Origin: Gordius albopunctatus
Lineage: Eukaryota
Assembly: GCA_964276515.1 (NCBI GenBank)
Contig: OZ193909.1
Span: 13,764,001-13,828,000, forward strand
Length of the DNA stretch: 64,000 nt
Direction of reading: 5' to 3'
Part shown: piece by piece, positions 50,901 to 64,000 of the stretch
Position numbering within the stretch: the stretch's first letter is position 1
Layout of the letters: every line of letters begins with the position of its first letter
Notes under the pieces: model-generated
The model's database searches: none
Told to the model about the DNA's origin: nothing
The model's input: only the letters and a program-made list of their open reading frames with translations
Translations under genes and position numbers: made by a program

Positions 50901-52252
50901 GTTTTGACGTTTAATAAAGTGTCAATCAAACGCAACCTCATGACGTACTGCGTATCTATCGTTTTCTTTGAAAATTTGAATATACAGTTCTTTAATAAAA
51001 GTGTATCACTTATAGTATTTTCTAGACCGCCATGCGTGTAGGTAGTGTAGTGTGATAAATATAGGCATGTGCTGCGGAAAATGGAAACATTTTACTATTT
51101 GAAATATTAAATCAATTTTTTGCTTATTTTTCACGTCAATTATTATTATAGGACAGTCGTGTCCCTTCCTGCGTGGCTAAATAAATTAAAAAATGTCATT
51201 TTATCATTTTTTACGCGTTAAATAAGGAGAAAAATGAAAATACTTTTAACAAAGTGCCGATAAATGTTGATATATCTCAGTTCTTCGGACATTATTAAGT
51301 TCAGAAATAAAAGTTTTATTCAGAAACAAATAATTATAATTATGATATTGTTTCTTAATTACAAAAAAATAAAAATAATTGCTTGAAGGGCCAGGGGGCC
51401 AACCTTTGGGGGGGGGCATAGGGCCAGGTTTTCTCTCTTAGGAGGCGCCTGGGCCTTGGATCCTCTTTAACTATTTTTTTAAAGATTTTTGCATAATAAA
51501 CACTTACCAATTATATTTGATATATTCTTAATCTATTAAACGGAAATAGCACAATGGAAGTAGAACATATAGACATCAAACTTTATTTTTACTTCAATAA
51601 CCGCTTTATCATCATATATGCCCTAAAATTCCAACATAATTTAATACGCCCGGGTAAATGGCAAAACAACTTTTGCCGGGTTCTTCTATTATATGTTATA
51701 AAATAATATAAACTTCCTACTAGAGTTGTTAAATTGCTAACTTAGTTCAACTCCAGACGCGAGCACGCACACTGAGTTGTTTAATAAACGCGTCAGCACA
51801 ATCTATGCTTGCTAGTCAGTTTCAGTGCACTAGTCAGAACAGTAGTATATTGAAAAACTCGTGAGGCGAGTATAAACCGCAAAATCTGTTCAAGCATTGA
51901 GCAACATAAATAAATTAAAAATTTCCCTCTCCTTATTTATTTGCCCTCTTCCTCCACCCTTTCTCTCTTCCAAGGGGGGGTGGGATGATTTGCACTCCCC
52001 CAGAGAGGTGGGGGGAGACTAAACAGTGTCAAAGTTTAATAAATAATACGTTTTTTCATTTTATTAACAACATCAAAACAATTTTTAACACGAGGAACAA
52101 ATATATAAGCATTGGTTCCAGAAACAAGTTTACAAAAGTATTCTATTTATTTTATAAATGAGTATAAAATGAAAGAGGTTCACAAAATTGTTTTGGGGGA
52201 GGTAATAAATATTGCTCCTGTATCTACACTAATATGTGTAAAAGAAAACAAT

Positions 52253-53503
52253 CTAATATTTGGCGTGATCTGTTCCTGACAAATTGGTGTCTTTTATATA
52301 AATTTCTTGGCTATCAGACTTAGTGTAATCTTGACTGAGTACTCTAAGCGAAGTTGACGTAGACGAAAAACTCTTTAAGTTGCTGTATATGGCATGAGAA
52401 ACATTTGAAATATTCTTGGTTAAGCTAAATTGGCCTTGGTAATTATTTTTAATAATTAACAAAGGATTTATCCATCGTATACAAGAAAACCACAAAGCTA
52501 CCCAGTGAATTAATATTTTTTGCTGACTTGGATTCAAGTGCCATTTTTGAAAGCTTATCACAAATTGAAGTCCAAATAAGGGAAAATAACATAACGCGTA
52601 ACAGATAAGTAAGGTCCAAAGCAGTCTGATAGCTTTGCTTTTATCCTTGGACGATGAGTTATTCCTTAACAAACCTTCTGAAACACGCTGACACCTTTTT
52701 AACGACCAAATAACTATTCCATACAATATCAACGATAGTGTGTAAGGGATAACGATACCTGTTTAATCAATAAAAGTACTATTAATAGCTAGCAAAATTT
52801 AGGGCATAAGTGTAAAGTTTATTTAGCATTATGAAACATATTTGTAACCTATAGTCGTTAGCCAGATGAGGTAAATGCGTGTCATATGAACGCCGGAAAA
52901 ACAAAACGGCTGATCTAAAGATGTGCTCTTCCACATAGCAAATTTTACGACGAGAAAAATCAATGGAAGTAGTATTATCACACCAAGCATTGTAACAATA
53001 CCACGAATCGTATCTGATTTTTGATATGTGTATGTCATAGCCCTAACGATTGCTCTAAAACGATCTATAGCTAAGGCTAGAATACTGAAAGAACTCAAAT
53101 ACAAAGAAATTTCTTCTATAATACTTAAGACGGCTTCTTCCCGACACAAAATCATCGCCTCCCGGCTAGTGATTTCTTTGCCTACAAAAAATGAGGTGTG
53201 AATTATTATAGGGAGACACAAACAAGATCCCATTAAATCGCCTATAGATCTAAGCGTAAAAAAACATTTGACGGGAAAGATAAAATCCTTAGCGAATTTG
53301 GTTGAAGATCGTTTAGAACTAGAGGGAATCTGATAGGTCAAATTTTTAGATGAATCGCTTTTAGGTCTGTTCATAATGTATAACAGGTAAATGTTAGTTG
53401 ACACAGCTAGCAGGACTTGCATAATATATAACGGAAGGAATACTCGCTTATCTGCAACCACGTCATCAATGACATTCGTGTAAATATTTTGTTGGGAATC
53501 CAT
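52253..53503 (-). CDS. class A GPCR, copy 2; intron 52759-52848
   Basis: ORF-track proteins identical to copy 1; same splice sites. Confidence 0.88.
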
Positions 53504-56500
53504 GTATTAGTTTTAAACTGATTAAGTGAAGGATGAAACGAAAGAAATCTCACCTTTAAATAAACCAATAATAAGCAAAAAATTATAAAATAATAGTTTT
53601 CAAATCTAAATTTATCGAAATAATAGCGAGTGTAATAAATTATAAATAATTAAGTAGTAATTTGAACCAGTTATTGACGTAAATTGAGCTTTTTAAGAAT
53701 TGCTAAGCAACTCATTAATTTACTATTTGACAGGATTATAATACGTTGGTGAATGGATAAGGCAATTTTTTGACATATTCTATACTCAGAACTCATTAAT
53801 ATCAAGTTAATACATTATTAATTGCTATGCTATGCAATTTATGGGCTCACTTTCCATTTTCCGATGTCTTGTCACGCACCGAATGCACGCACTGAATGTC
53901 ACGCACCGAATGTCTTGTCACGCCCCTACAAAGACCTGCGCCTGGTTTCGAATTCTGGGGAGGCCAAATTTTTGTTTTTTTTAATTAATATATTCTTCTT
54001 GTTAATAACATTGATAATACACCGGATTTGGATAGGGCGTACGAGATGGTCCAATATGAATATTCGGGCCACACTATGACATCACTGCCTCACACGTATT
54101 TCTCTTTTTGCCCTACTACGGATGGAGTCAGAATTCTCCAACCTACGCCAGAAAATATGCACGGATTCCAAAACGGCGTTTTATATCTTAAAAAAAGGAT
54201 CGGCACACGCCCCACACTTGGAAGAGGCCCTTTCCTAGATAATCCACATAATTGGGGGTAACATGTTACTCACGATAAAACACGGATTGGAATGGGTCCC
54301 CACCGAGGCAAACCCCGCGGACCTACCTTCTAGAACTTGGATCTCCGATCACGAACGCTGGCGAGAAATCAGATCAATGATGCTCTAAGCGAAAGTTTTT
54401 GGGAGCCTTACCATAGAAATGCAAACGGATTGCCCTAGCAGCAAAGACCGTGAAAGTTCCTAAGGATTTTAGTATATCTCATACACTGGTTTTCCTTACT
54501 TCATCTTGTTTCTCTGTTTTATACTGTTTTACTGGCAATCTTTGTAATACCCCCAAAAATTTTCGCTTTATTACATATATATGTATATATATATTCATAA
54601 TTGTATAAATTGGAATATAAAATAAAATAAACTATAGAGGCGGGAGGTATCCCTTATTTGATTTTAAATTGTTTATAATTATAACTGTCCTTGTTTAATA
54701 TGGCTATTATTAAAAAGCAATTTCATTATAAATTTATATAAAATCTATTTAGAGGTTGTGATTAAATAAGATGTCGAGCAAGATTTAAGACAGTAATAAA
54801 AATTGTAACTCAATCGGACTCAAAGTGTAACCGGCCAATTAAAAAAAATTTTGAAGACGTTTAGACGTAATGATTTCTGACAAGTGTGTTATGAATCACC
54901 CACTATTCATTTACTTACATAATGCAAATATCATCCTAGATTTATAACTCTCTTATTAATTCGACCTTTAAAATTCTGGTAAAACTCATCTTCTTTATTA
55001 ATTATTTGGTCCCACAGTCGTGGGTTTTGTTTTGATGAGTTTCTTCTATCTTGATTGGTTAAATTCCATACCTTTAATAATCTCTTTTGTTTTCATAACT
55101 TTATCGACTTGCCCTTTCCACGTGACATGAGGTCGCCCTATTCCTCTTTCCCCGCTATCTCCATCTCCAGTAATTTTCGATCTAAATCATTCATGTCCCT
55201 TCTTAGTATATGCCCATACCACCTTAGACGATTTTCATTAAACATGTACGCACCCATTTTGGCATGAGAAATTCATTCGTCACAAGGTCAAGCTAGAAAA
55301 CTGCACGGGTGACCCAAACCGATATCGGGTGGGGTTTGGGTTGAAAATTTTAACATGCTTTCGGGTCGGGTCGGGTTGGATTTAAAGTGTCGGGTCAATG
55401 GTTATGAATCTAAAATTGCAGAATACACGGGACATATCTTTAAAAATAGTGCTAGTATGTATAATATTTTTTAATTAATATCTAAATTTATAATTGAAGA
55501 TCATTCATTAAGTTAATTTAAGATCCTTTTGTTTTTTTTAAATCTGATTTTTTTAATTTGGACGCAACTTAAATTTGACTCGTGAAAGGTAAAATATATC
55601 AACAAAATTATATTTTTTAATTGTATTTAAATAGTGTGAAGTGTTAGTTCATTATTAATTTAAACTACATAAATGTATATTCATAAAACAAATAAGATTA
55701 TGTTTAAATTTATTAAATGATTCATTTGCAAAACTTTATATTTCAAACTGAATGTGACCTGATACTGTATGCTATCATATATATATATATGTATATATAT
55801 ATAATAATAATAATAAATCATGAAAATATATTTATTAATCAAAATCTGTGGAATTAATTAGTTTCATAAATCGCACTTTAATTTAATGATTAAATCATTT
55901 TTAATTTTAGCCATAATTTGATAAAATATCTAACATTTTTTAAATTAAGGGGGGCAGCCGCCCCTCCCTGCCACCCCCTGGCTACGGCCATGCACACCGG
56001 AATTTTTCTTACTCTCGCGTTGGATAACAAAATTAGAAACACGTTCGGAAGGGTTTCGGTTAAAGTTTTTTTAACACTTTCGGCCGTGTTGGGTTCGGGT
56101 TAAAAATTTTAAAATGCTTTCCGGTCGGGTCGGGTTCGGGTTGAAAAAAAATCACTTTGCAGTTCTCTAGGTCAAGCTTAGTATATTTTAAGCTCCACCA
56201 TACCGTTCTCATCTCTGTGGCTTGCAAAGCTTTTCTTCCGTAGTATTTAATGCCCAAGTTTTATTTCATAAAGAAACATAGGCTTTTTTCTTCAACCATA
56301 TTAGCATTTTCTTGTCCCACATTACATCGGATATACTTCTCCATTTAATGACATGGATAAATAAAACAAAACGCCTAGGCCATTCTTTGATAACTAATTT
56401 TCTTCAACAAAAAATAACCAGGAAGATATTTGCATGCAAATTGTGCAACCCCAACATGACTTTTTATCAGCTTCTATTAAACCTACTAGGTTAGATTTTA

Positions 56501-58914
56501 TTAAGCTTTCAAAGTCGGAAAGGATCTAAGAGGAGTGCATGTACATTTTTATTAATTCTAAAAATAATGATGGGTCTTTAGACTTGGTAAACTAATATTC
56601 AGTAAAAAGGGACAAGCTTATTAGACGACAATATAGAATATAAATTTTTATTGAAATCGAATTCTTATATGTGATTAAATATGTTCATAAAAATAGTTTT
56701 TTTATAATTTACCTAAGTAACTTTTAATGTAACTAGTTCCATCAGGTAAGTAACAGGAAATGTATTTAGTTACTTTTGAGAAAATGTTACTGTATCTAGT
56801 TACATTTTATTTCGATAACTCTAACTTAACTAGTTACTAAGGAAAAGTAACTTTAACAGTTCTACTCCTGAACGAGTTTGACCATACTTATCCTCCATCA
56901 CCTCCATCGGTTTGAATAAGGTTTGACCCTTATAATTTTTGACTATTTTAAGAACTCCGTCATCACTACTTTTCTTATCATGGTCAATCTATACATAAGC
57001 CTGTCGTCCCCTCTATGGTCCAATTTGTTTGCCATCTGGGTGTACGCGCCATTCTTTGCTATTAACGCCCTTTTTCGTGGCTCACTCACTATAATCTTAA
57101 TATAATCCTCATATATTTTTTATATAGCAACCATACATATAGATTTTTATTTCTTTCGACAAAATCAACAAGCGAATCCAACTACCATAGTTCCCTATTT
57201 ATATCATTGCCTCCTTTGGTCTGTCCTAGAACCCGAATCGCTGATTCAAGTAAAAAATAGAAATTAATTTATTTGATTTCCCTTAAGATTTGGCTCAACC
57301 TTTAGTCTTGAGTGTATTTAGAAATTTAGGTTCTTAGTGTACTTATACAAATGATTCTGCAATACCACTACATATAATGAATTCTTAAGACTGTAATCTA
57401 TATATATAAAGTTGTATGTAAGGGTTAAATTCTGAAACTACCGGCACGATTCGCGCGAAACTTTACGCGTAGGTTCCCAGGGCGGCCAGGGGTAAAATAG
57501 CTTTTCAGATTCCTAAAATTCCTTTTAGTTTTAAAAATATCGGACATTTCCCGGTTTTATGCGTTTTGACGTTTAATAAAGTGTCAATCAAACGCAACCT
57601 CATGACGTACTGCGTATCTATCGTTTTCTTTGAAAATTTGAATATACAGTTCTTTAATAAAAGTGTATCACTTATAGTATTTTCTAGACCGCCATGCGTG
57701 TAGGTAGTGTAGTGTGATAAATATAGGCATGTGCTGCGGAAAATGGAAACATTTTACTATTTGAAATATTAAATCAATTTTTTGCTTATTTTTCACGTCA
57801 ATTATTATTATAGGACAGTCGTGTCCCTTCCTGCGTGGCTAAATAAATTAAAAAATGTCATTTTATCATTTTTTACGCGTTAAATAAGGAGAAAAATGAA
57901 AATACTTTTAACAAAGTGCCGATAAATGTTGATATATCTCAGTTCTTCGGACATTATTAAGTTCAGAAATAAAAGTTTTATTCAGAAACAAATAATTATA
58001 ATTATGATATTGTTTCTTAATTACAAAAAAATAAAAATAATTGCTTGAAGGGCCAGGGGGCCAACCTTTGGGGGGGGGCATAGGGCCAGGTTTTCTCTCT
58101 TAGGAGGCGCCTGGGCCTTGGATCCTCTTTAACTATTTGTTTAAAGATTTTTGCATAATAAACACTTACCAATTATATTTGATATATTCTTAATCTATTA
58201 TACGGAAATAGCACAATGGAAGTAGAACATATAGACATCAAACTTTATTTTTACTTCAATAACCGCTTTATCATCATATATGCCCTAAAATTCCAACATA
58301 ATTTAATACGCCCGGGTAAATGGCAAAACAACTTTTGCCGGGTTCTTCTATTATATGTTATAAAATAATATAAAATTCCTACTAGAGTTGTTAAATTGCT
58401 AACTTAGTTCAACTCCAGACGCGAGCACGCACACTGAGTTGTTTAATAAACGCGTCAGCACAATCTATGCTTGCTAGTCAGTTTCAGTGCACTAGTCAGA
58501 AGAGTAGTATATTGAAAAACTCGTGAGGCGAGTATAAACCGCAAAATCTGTTCAAGCATTGAGCAACATAAATAAATTAAAAATTTCCCTCTCCTTATTT
58601 ATTTGCCCTCTTCCTCCACCCTTTCTCTCTTCCAAGGGGGGGTGGGATGATTTGCACTCCCCCAGAGAGGTGGGGGGAGACTAAACAGTGTCAAAGTTTA
58701 ATAAATAATACGTTTTTTCATTTTATTAACAACATCAAAACAATTTTTAACACGAGGAACAAATATATAAGCATTGGTTCCAGAAACAAGTTTACAAAAG
58801 TATTCTATTTATTTTATAAATGAGTATAAAATGAAAGAGGTTCACAAAATTGTTTTGGGGGAGGTAATAAATATTGCTCCTGTATCTACACTAATATGTG
58901 TAAAAGAAAACAAT

Positions 58915-60165
58915 CTAATATTTGGCGTGATCTGTTCCTGACAAATTGGTGTCTTTTATATAAATTTCTTGGCTATCAGACTTAGTGTAATCTTGACTGA
59001 GTACTCTAAGCGAAGTTGACGTAGACGAAAAACTCTTTAAGTTGCTGTATATGGCATGAGAAACATTTGAAATATTCTTGGTTAAGCTAAATTGGCCTTG
59101 GTAATTATTTTTAATAATTAACAAAGGATTTATCCATCGTATACAAGAAAACCACAAAGCTACCCAGTGAATTAATATTTTTTGCTGACTTGGATTCAAG
59201 TGCCATTTTTGAAAGCTTATCACAAATTGAAGTCCAAATAAGGGAAAATAACATAACGCGTAACAGATAAGTAAGGTCCAAAGCAGTCTGATAGCTTTGC
59301 TTTTATCCTTGGACGATGAGTTATTCCTTAACAAACCTTCTGAAACACGCTGACACCTTTTTAACGACCAAATAACTATTCCATACAATATCAACGATAG
59401 TGTGTAAGGGATAACGATACCTGTTTAATCAATAAAAGTACTATTAATAGCTAGCAAAATTTAGGGCATAAGTGTAAAGTTTATTTAGCATTATGAAACA
59501 TATTTGTAACCTATAGTCGTTAGCCAGATGAGGTAAATGCGTGTCATATGAACGCCGGAAAAACAAAACGGCTGATCTAAAGATGTGCTCTTCCACATAG
59601 CAAATTTTACGACGAGAAAAATCAATGGAAGTAGTATTATCACACCAAGCATTGTAACAATACCACGAATCGTATCTGATTTTTGATATGTGTATGTCAT
59701 AGCCCTAACGATTGCTCTAAAACGATCTATAGCTAAGGCTAGAATACTGAAAGAACTCAAATACAAAGAAATTTCTTCTATAATACTTAAGACGGCTTCT
59801 TCCCGACACAAAATCATCGCCTCCCGGCTAGTGATTTCTTTGCCTACAAAAAATGAGGTGTGAATTATTATAGGGAGACACAAACAAGATCCCATTAAAT
59901 CGCCTATAGATCTAAGCGTAAAAAAACATTTGACGGGAAAGATAAAATCCTTAGCGAATTTGGTTGAAGATCGTTTAGAACTAGAGGGAATCTGATAGGT
60001 CAAATTTTTAGATGAATCGCTTTTAGGTCTGTTCATAATGTATAACAGGTAAATGTTAGTTGACACAGCTAGCAGGACTTGCATAATATATAACGGAAGG
60101 AATACTCGCTTATCTGCAACCACGTCATCAATGACATTCGTGTAAATATTTTGTTGGGAATCCAT
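58915..60165 (-). CDS. class A GPCR, copy 3; intron 59421-59510
   Basis: ORF-track proteins identical to copy 1; same splice sites. Confidence 0.88.
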
Positions 60166-60750
60166 GTATTAGTTTTAAACTGATTAAGTGAAGGATGAAA
60201 CGAAAGAAATCTCACCTTTAAATAAACCAATAATAAGCAAAAAATTATAAAATAATAGTTTTCAAATCTAAATTTATCGAAATAATAGCGAGTGTAATAA
60301 ATTATAAATAATTAAGTAGTAATTTGAACCAGTTATTGACGTAAATTGAGCTTTTTAAGAATTGCTAAGCAACTCATTAATTTACTATTTTACAGGATTA
60401 TAATACGTTGGTGAATCGATAAGGCAATTTTTTGACATATTCTATACTCAGAACTCATTAATATCAAGTTAATACATTATTAATTGCTATGCTATGCAAT
60501 TTATGGGCTCACTTTCCATTTTCCGATGTCTTGTCACGCACTGAATGCACGCACTGAATGTCACGCACCGAATGTCTTGTCACGCCCCTACAAAGATATG
60601 CGCCTGGTTTCGAATCCTGGGGAGGCCAAATTTTTTTTTTTAATTAATATATTCTTCTTGTTAATAACATTGATAATATGGCTTTTTGGCCGTCCGTTGG
60701 CTGCTGACCAATGATAAAATGACCATTGGCCAAAATGTGAATCAAAATGT

Positions 60751-61205
60751 GCCAAAAACTTGAAATTTGTAATCATTGCTTAGAAATAACACTTATTATT
60801 TCGAAACAAAAAATGCACCATAAATTTCCATGTAAATCCCTGAAAATTAGTTATTTTTGATCAAACGCTAAAAAATATTCAATAATCAATAAAAAGGATA
60901 ATATTCTCTAAACAATCATATAAGTACATTATTTTATCAAAACCCGTGTATTTTACACTAAGCAACCCCCCATTTAAATACTCTCATAAAATCTAAGCAT
61001 AAAAAGGGTTATAATTTAGGGTGTGTTTACTCGGGATGGACATCAAACATGAGGGGGAAGTATTCGTCCACAGGGATAATTTTATTGAGGGGCTCGGCTT
61101 CAATCAGCTTTTTGGCACCGGATTTGGATAGGGCGTACGAGATTGTCCAATATGAATATTCTGGCCACACTATGACATCACTGCCTCACACGTATTTCTC
61201 TTTTT
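60751..61205 (-). pseudogene. captured COLGALT segment: most of exon 12, its GT donor and ~280 bp of intron 12
   Basis: Colinear with 26114-26568 including intronic sequence. Confidence 0.92.
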
Positions 61206-63204
61206 GCCCTACTACGGATGGAGTCAGAATTCTCCAACCTACGCCAGAAAATATGCACGGATTCCAAAACGGCGTTTTATATCTTAAAAAAAGGATCGCC
61301 ACACGCCCCACACTTGGAAGAGGCCCTTTCCTAGATAATCCACATAATTGGGGGTAACATGTTACTCACGATAAAACACGGATTTGGAATGGGTCCCCAC
61401 CGAGGCAAACCCCGCGGACCTACCTTCTAGAACTTGGATCTCCGATCACGAACGCTGGCGAGAAATCAGATCAATGATGCTCTAAGCGAAAGTTTTTGGG
61501 AGACTTATCATAGAAATGCAACCGGATTGCCCTAGCAGCTAAGACCGTGAAAGTACCTAAGGATTTTAGTATATCTCATACACTGGTTTTACTTACTTCA
61601 TCTTGTTTCTCTGTTTTATAATGTTTTGCTGGCAATCTTTGTAATACCCCCAAAAATTTTCGCTTTATTACACACATATATATATATATATACTTGTACG
61701 CGTTATTTTTATATTCATAATTGTATAAATTGGAATATAAAATAAAATAAACTATAGAGGCGGGAGGTATCCCTTATTTGATTTTAAATTGTTTATAATT
61801 ATAACTGTCCTTGTTTAATATGGCTATTATTAAAAAGCAATTTCATTATAAATTTATATAAAATCTATTTAGAGGTTGTGATTAAATAAGATGTCGAGCA
61901 AGATTTAAGACAGTAATAAAAATTGTAACTCAATCGGACTCAAAGTGTAACCGGCCAATTAAAAAAAATTTTGAAGACGTTTAGACGTAATGATTTCTGA
62001 CAAGTGTGTTATGAATCACCCACTATTCGTTTACTTACATAATGCAAATATCATCCTAGATTTATAACTCTCTTATTAATTCGACCTTTAAAATTCTGGT
62101 AAAACTCATCTTCTTTATTAATTATTTGGTCCCACAGTCGTGGGTTTTGTTTTGATGAGTTTCTTCTATCTTGATTGGTTAAATTCCATACCTTTAATAA
62201 TCTCTTTTGTTTTCATAACTTTATCGACTTGCCCTTTCCACGTGACATGAGGTCGCCCTATTCCTCTTTCCCCGCTATCTCCATCTCCAGTAATTTTCGA
62301 TCTAAATCATTCATGTCCCTTCTTAGTATATGCCCATACCACCTTAGACGATTTTCATTAAACATGTACGCACCCATTTTTGGCATGAGAAATTCATTCG
62401 TCACAAGGTCAAGCTAGAAAACTGCACGGGTGACCCAAACCGATATCGGGTGGGGTTTGGGTTGAAAATTTTAACATGCTTTCGGGTCGGGTCGGGTTGG
62501 ATTTAAAGTGTCGGGTCAATGGTTATGAATCTAAAATTGCAGAATACACGGTACATATCTTTAAAAATAGTGCTAGTATGTATAATATTTTTTAATTAAT
62601 ATCTAAATTTATAATTGAAGATCATTCATTAAGTTAATTTAAATTCCTTTTGTTTTTTTTAAATCTGATTTTTTTAATTTGGACGCAACTTAAATTTGAC
62701 TCGTGAAAGGTAAAATATATCAACAAAATTATATTTTTTAATTGTATTTAAATAGTGTGAAGTGTTAGTTCATTATTAATTTAAACTACATAAATGTATA
62801 TTCATAAAACAAATAAGATTATGTTTAAATTTATTAAATGATTCATTTGCAAAACTTTATATTTCAAACTGAATGTGACCTGATACTGTATGCTATCATA
62901 TATATATATATATGTATATATATATAATAATAATAATAAATCATGAAAATATATTTATTAATCAAAATCTGTGGAATTAATTAGTTTCATAAATCGCACT
63001 TTAATTTAATGATTAAATCATTTTTAATTTTAGCCATAATTTGATAAAATATCTAACATTTTTTAAATTAAGGGGGGCAGCCGCCCCTCCCTGCCACCCC
63101 CTGGCTACGCCCATGCACACCGAAATTTTTCTTACTCTCGCGTTGGATACCAAAATTTGAAAAACGTTCGGAAGGGATTCGGTTAAAGTTTTTTTAACAC
63201 TTTC

Positions 63205-64000
63205 TCAAAAAAATTACAGTTGCTAAATTGAAACTTTTTTAACCACAATTTGGCCAATGGTCATTTTTTTCCATTGGTTAGTACCAACATATGGTCTATA
63301 AATCAATGTTAGCCAAAAAAAACTTTGGCCAATGATCATTTATTTCCATTGGTTAGTACCGACAGAAATGTTAGCCAAAAAAACGAAAAAAAAATTAAAC
63401 CACACTTTTGCCAATGGTCATTTTTTACCATTGGTCAGTACCGACAAATGGTCTATAAATCAATGTTAGCCAAAAAAAACGAAAAAAAATTATACCACAC
63501 TTTGGCCAATGATCATTTTTTCCATTGGTTAGTACCAACAGAAATGTTAGCCAAAAAAACAAAAAAAAAATTCGATTCACCCTTTGGTCAATGGTCAATT
63601 TTTTTATTGGTCAGCAGCCAGCGGACGGACAAAAAGCCATATTATCAATGGTATTAACAGGAACAATATATTATTTAAAGTTAAAAAAAATTTGGCCTCT
63701 CCGGGATTCGAACCCCACATCTGGAGAGGCATATGCCTTTGTAGGGAGGGGGGCACAGGGACCCATATCAATAGAGGCATAGGCCCTTCTAGGGGAGGGC
63801 ATAGGGTAATTATCAATCTTATTCAAAAAAACGAAAAAAAATTTCGATTCACACTTTGGCCAATGGTCATTTTTTCATTTGGTTAGTACCAACAGAAATG
63901 TTAGCCAAAAAAACAAAAAAAAAATTCGATTCACACTTTGGTCAATGGTCAATTTTTTTATTGGTCAGCAGCCAGCGGACGGACAAAAAGCCATATTATC
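63205..64000. repeat. complex repeat/satellite with ~60-120 bp subunits and ~354 bp higher-order period; contains a tRNA B-box-like motif
   Basis: ttggccaatg(g/a)tcattttt...ggttagtacc...gttagccaaaaaaa reiterated; gaaatgttagcc...ttcgattcac at 63541 and 63895; gggattcgaacccc at ~63702-63716; an inverted piece lies at ~60585-60745. Confidence 0.75.

Larger units (their letters stand above)
41236..63204 (+). repeat. tandem segmental array: ~3.3 units, period 6661, 6662 and ~7120 bp
   Basis: Matching ORFs recur at 41732, 48393, 55055 and 62175; homology starts ~41236 (vs 47996) and stops at 63204. Confidence 0.97.

Noticed and set aside
41236..63204. Array as a Helitron rolling-circle concatemer
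   Set aside because: Unit boundaries do not coincide with the Helitron-like termini (44074, 45027), which are internal.
63690..63740. tRNA gene
   Set aside because: Only a B-box/T-loop-like motif; no cloverleaf could be folded.
63250..64000. CRISPR-like repeat array
   Set aside because: Eukaryotic context, intervening segments are themselves repeated, no cas genes.

Overview
AT-rich, intron-containing eukaryotic (invertebrate animal-like) genomic DNA with a 200-N scaffold gap at 3866-4065. Host genes reconstructed by hand: DENND6 first coding exon (-), the 5' four exons of METAP2 (-; the rest is lost at a transposon/gap), BORCS6 (-), an intronless divergent class A GPCR (+), a 13-exon COLGALT/GT25 glycosyltransferase (-, C-terminal HREL), and a two-exon class A GPCR (-) present as three protein-identical copies in a ~6.66 kb tandem array (41.2-63.2 kb). 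The rest is densely nested mobile DNA: Sola2-like, IS630-Tc1 (DD34E), hAT, MULE, Helitron-like, RTE and a GC-rich MITE family. Most notable observations: (1) a twister-ribozyme-like motif with compensatory base changes whose predicted cleavage site coincides with the 5' end of a near-full-length RTE LINE; (2) an RNase H remnant of DIRS/VIPER or hepadnavirus-like type (…TDS…WVPTEANPADLPSR) with a defined 3' end shared by an independent copy, missed by the ORF track; (3) recurrent 33-36 nt spliceosomal micro-introns; (4) a GPCR tandem array carrying a DNA-level captured piece of the neighbouring COLGALT gene; (5) a Sola2-like element apparently inserted into its own transposase. All family calls come from motif recognition by eye; no searches were run.
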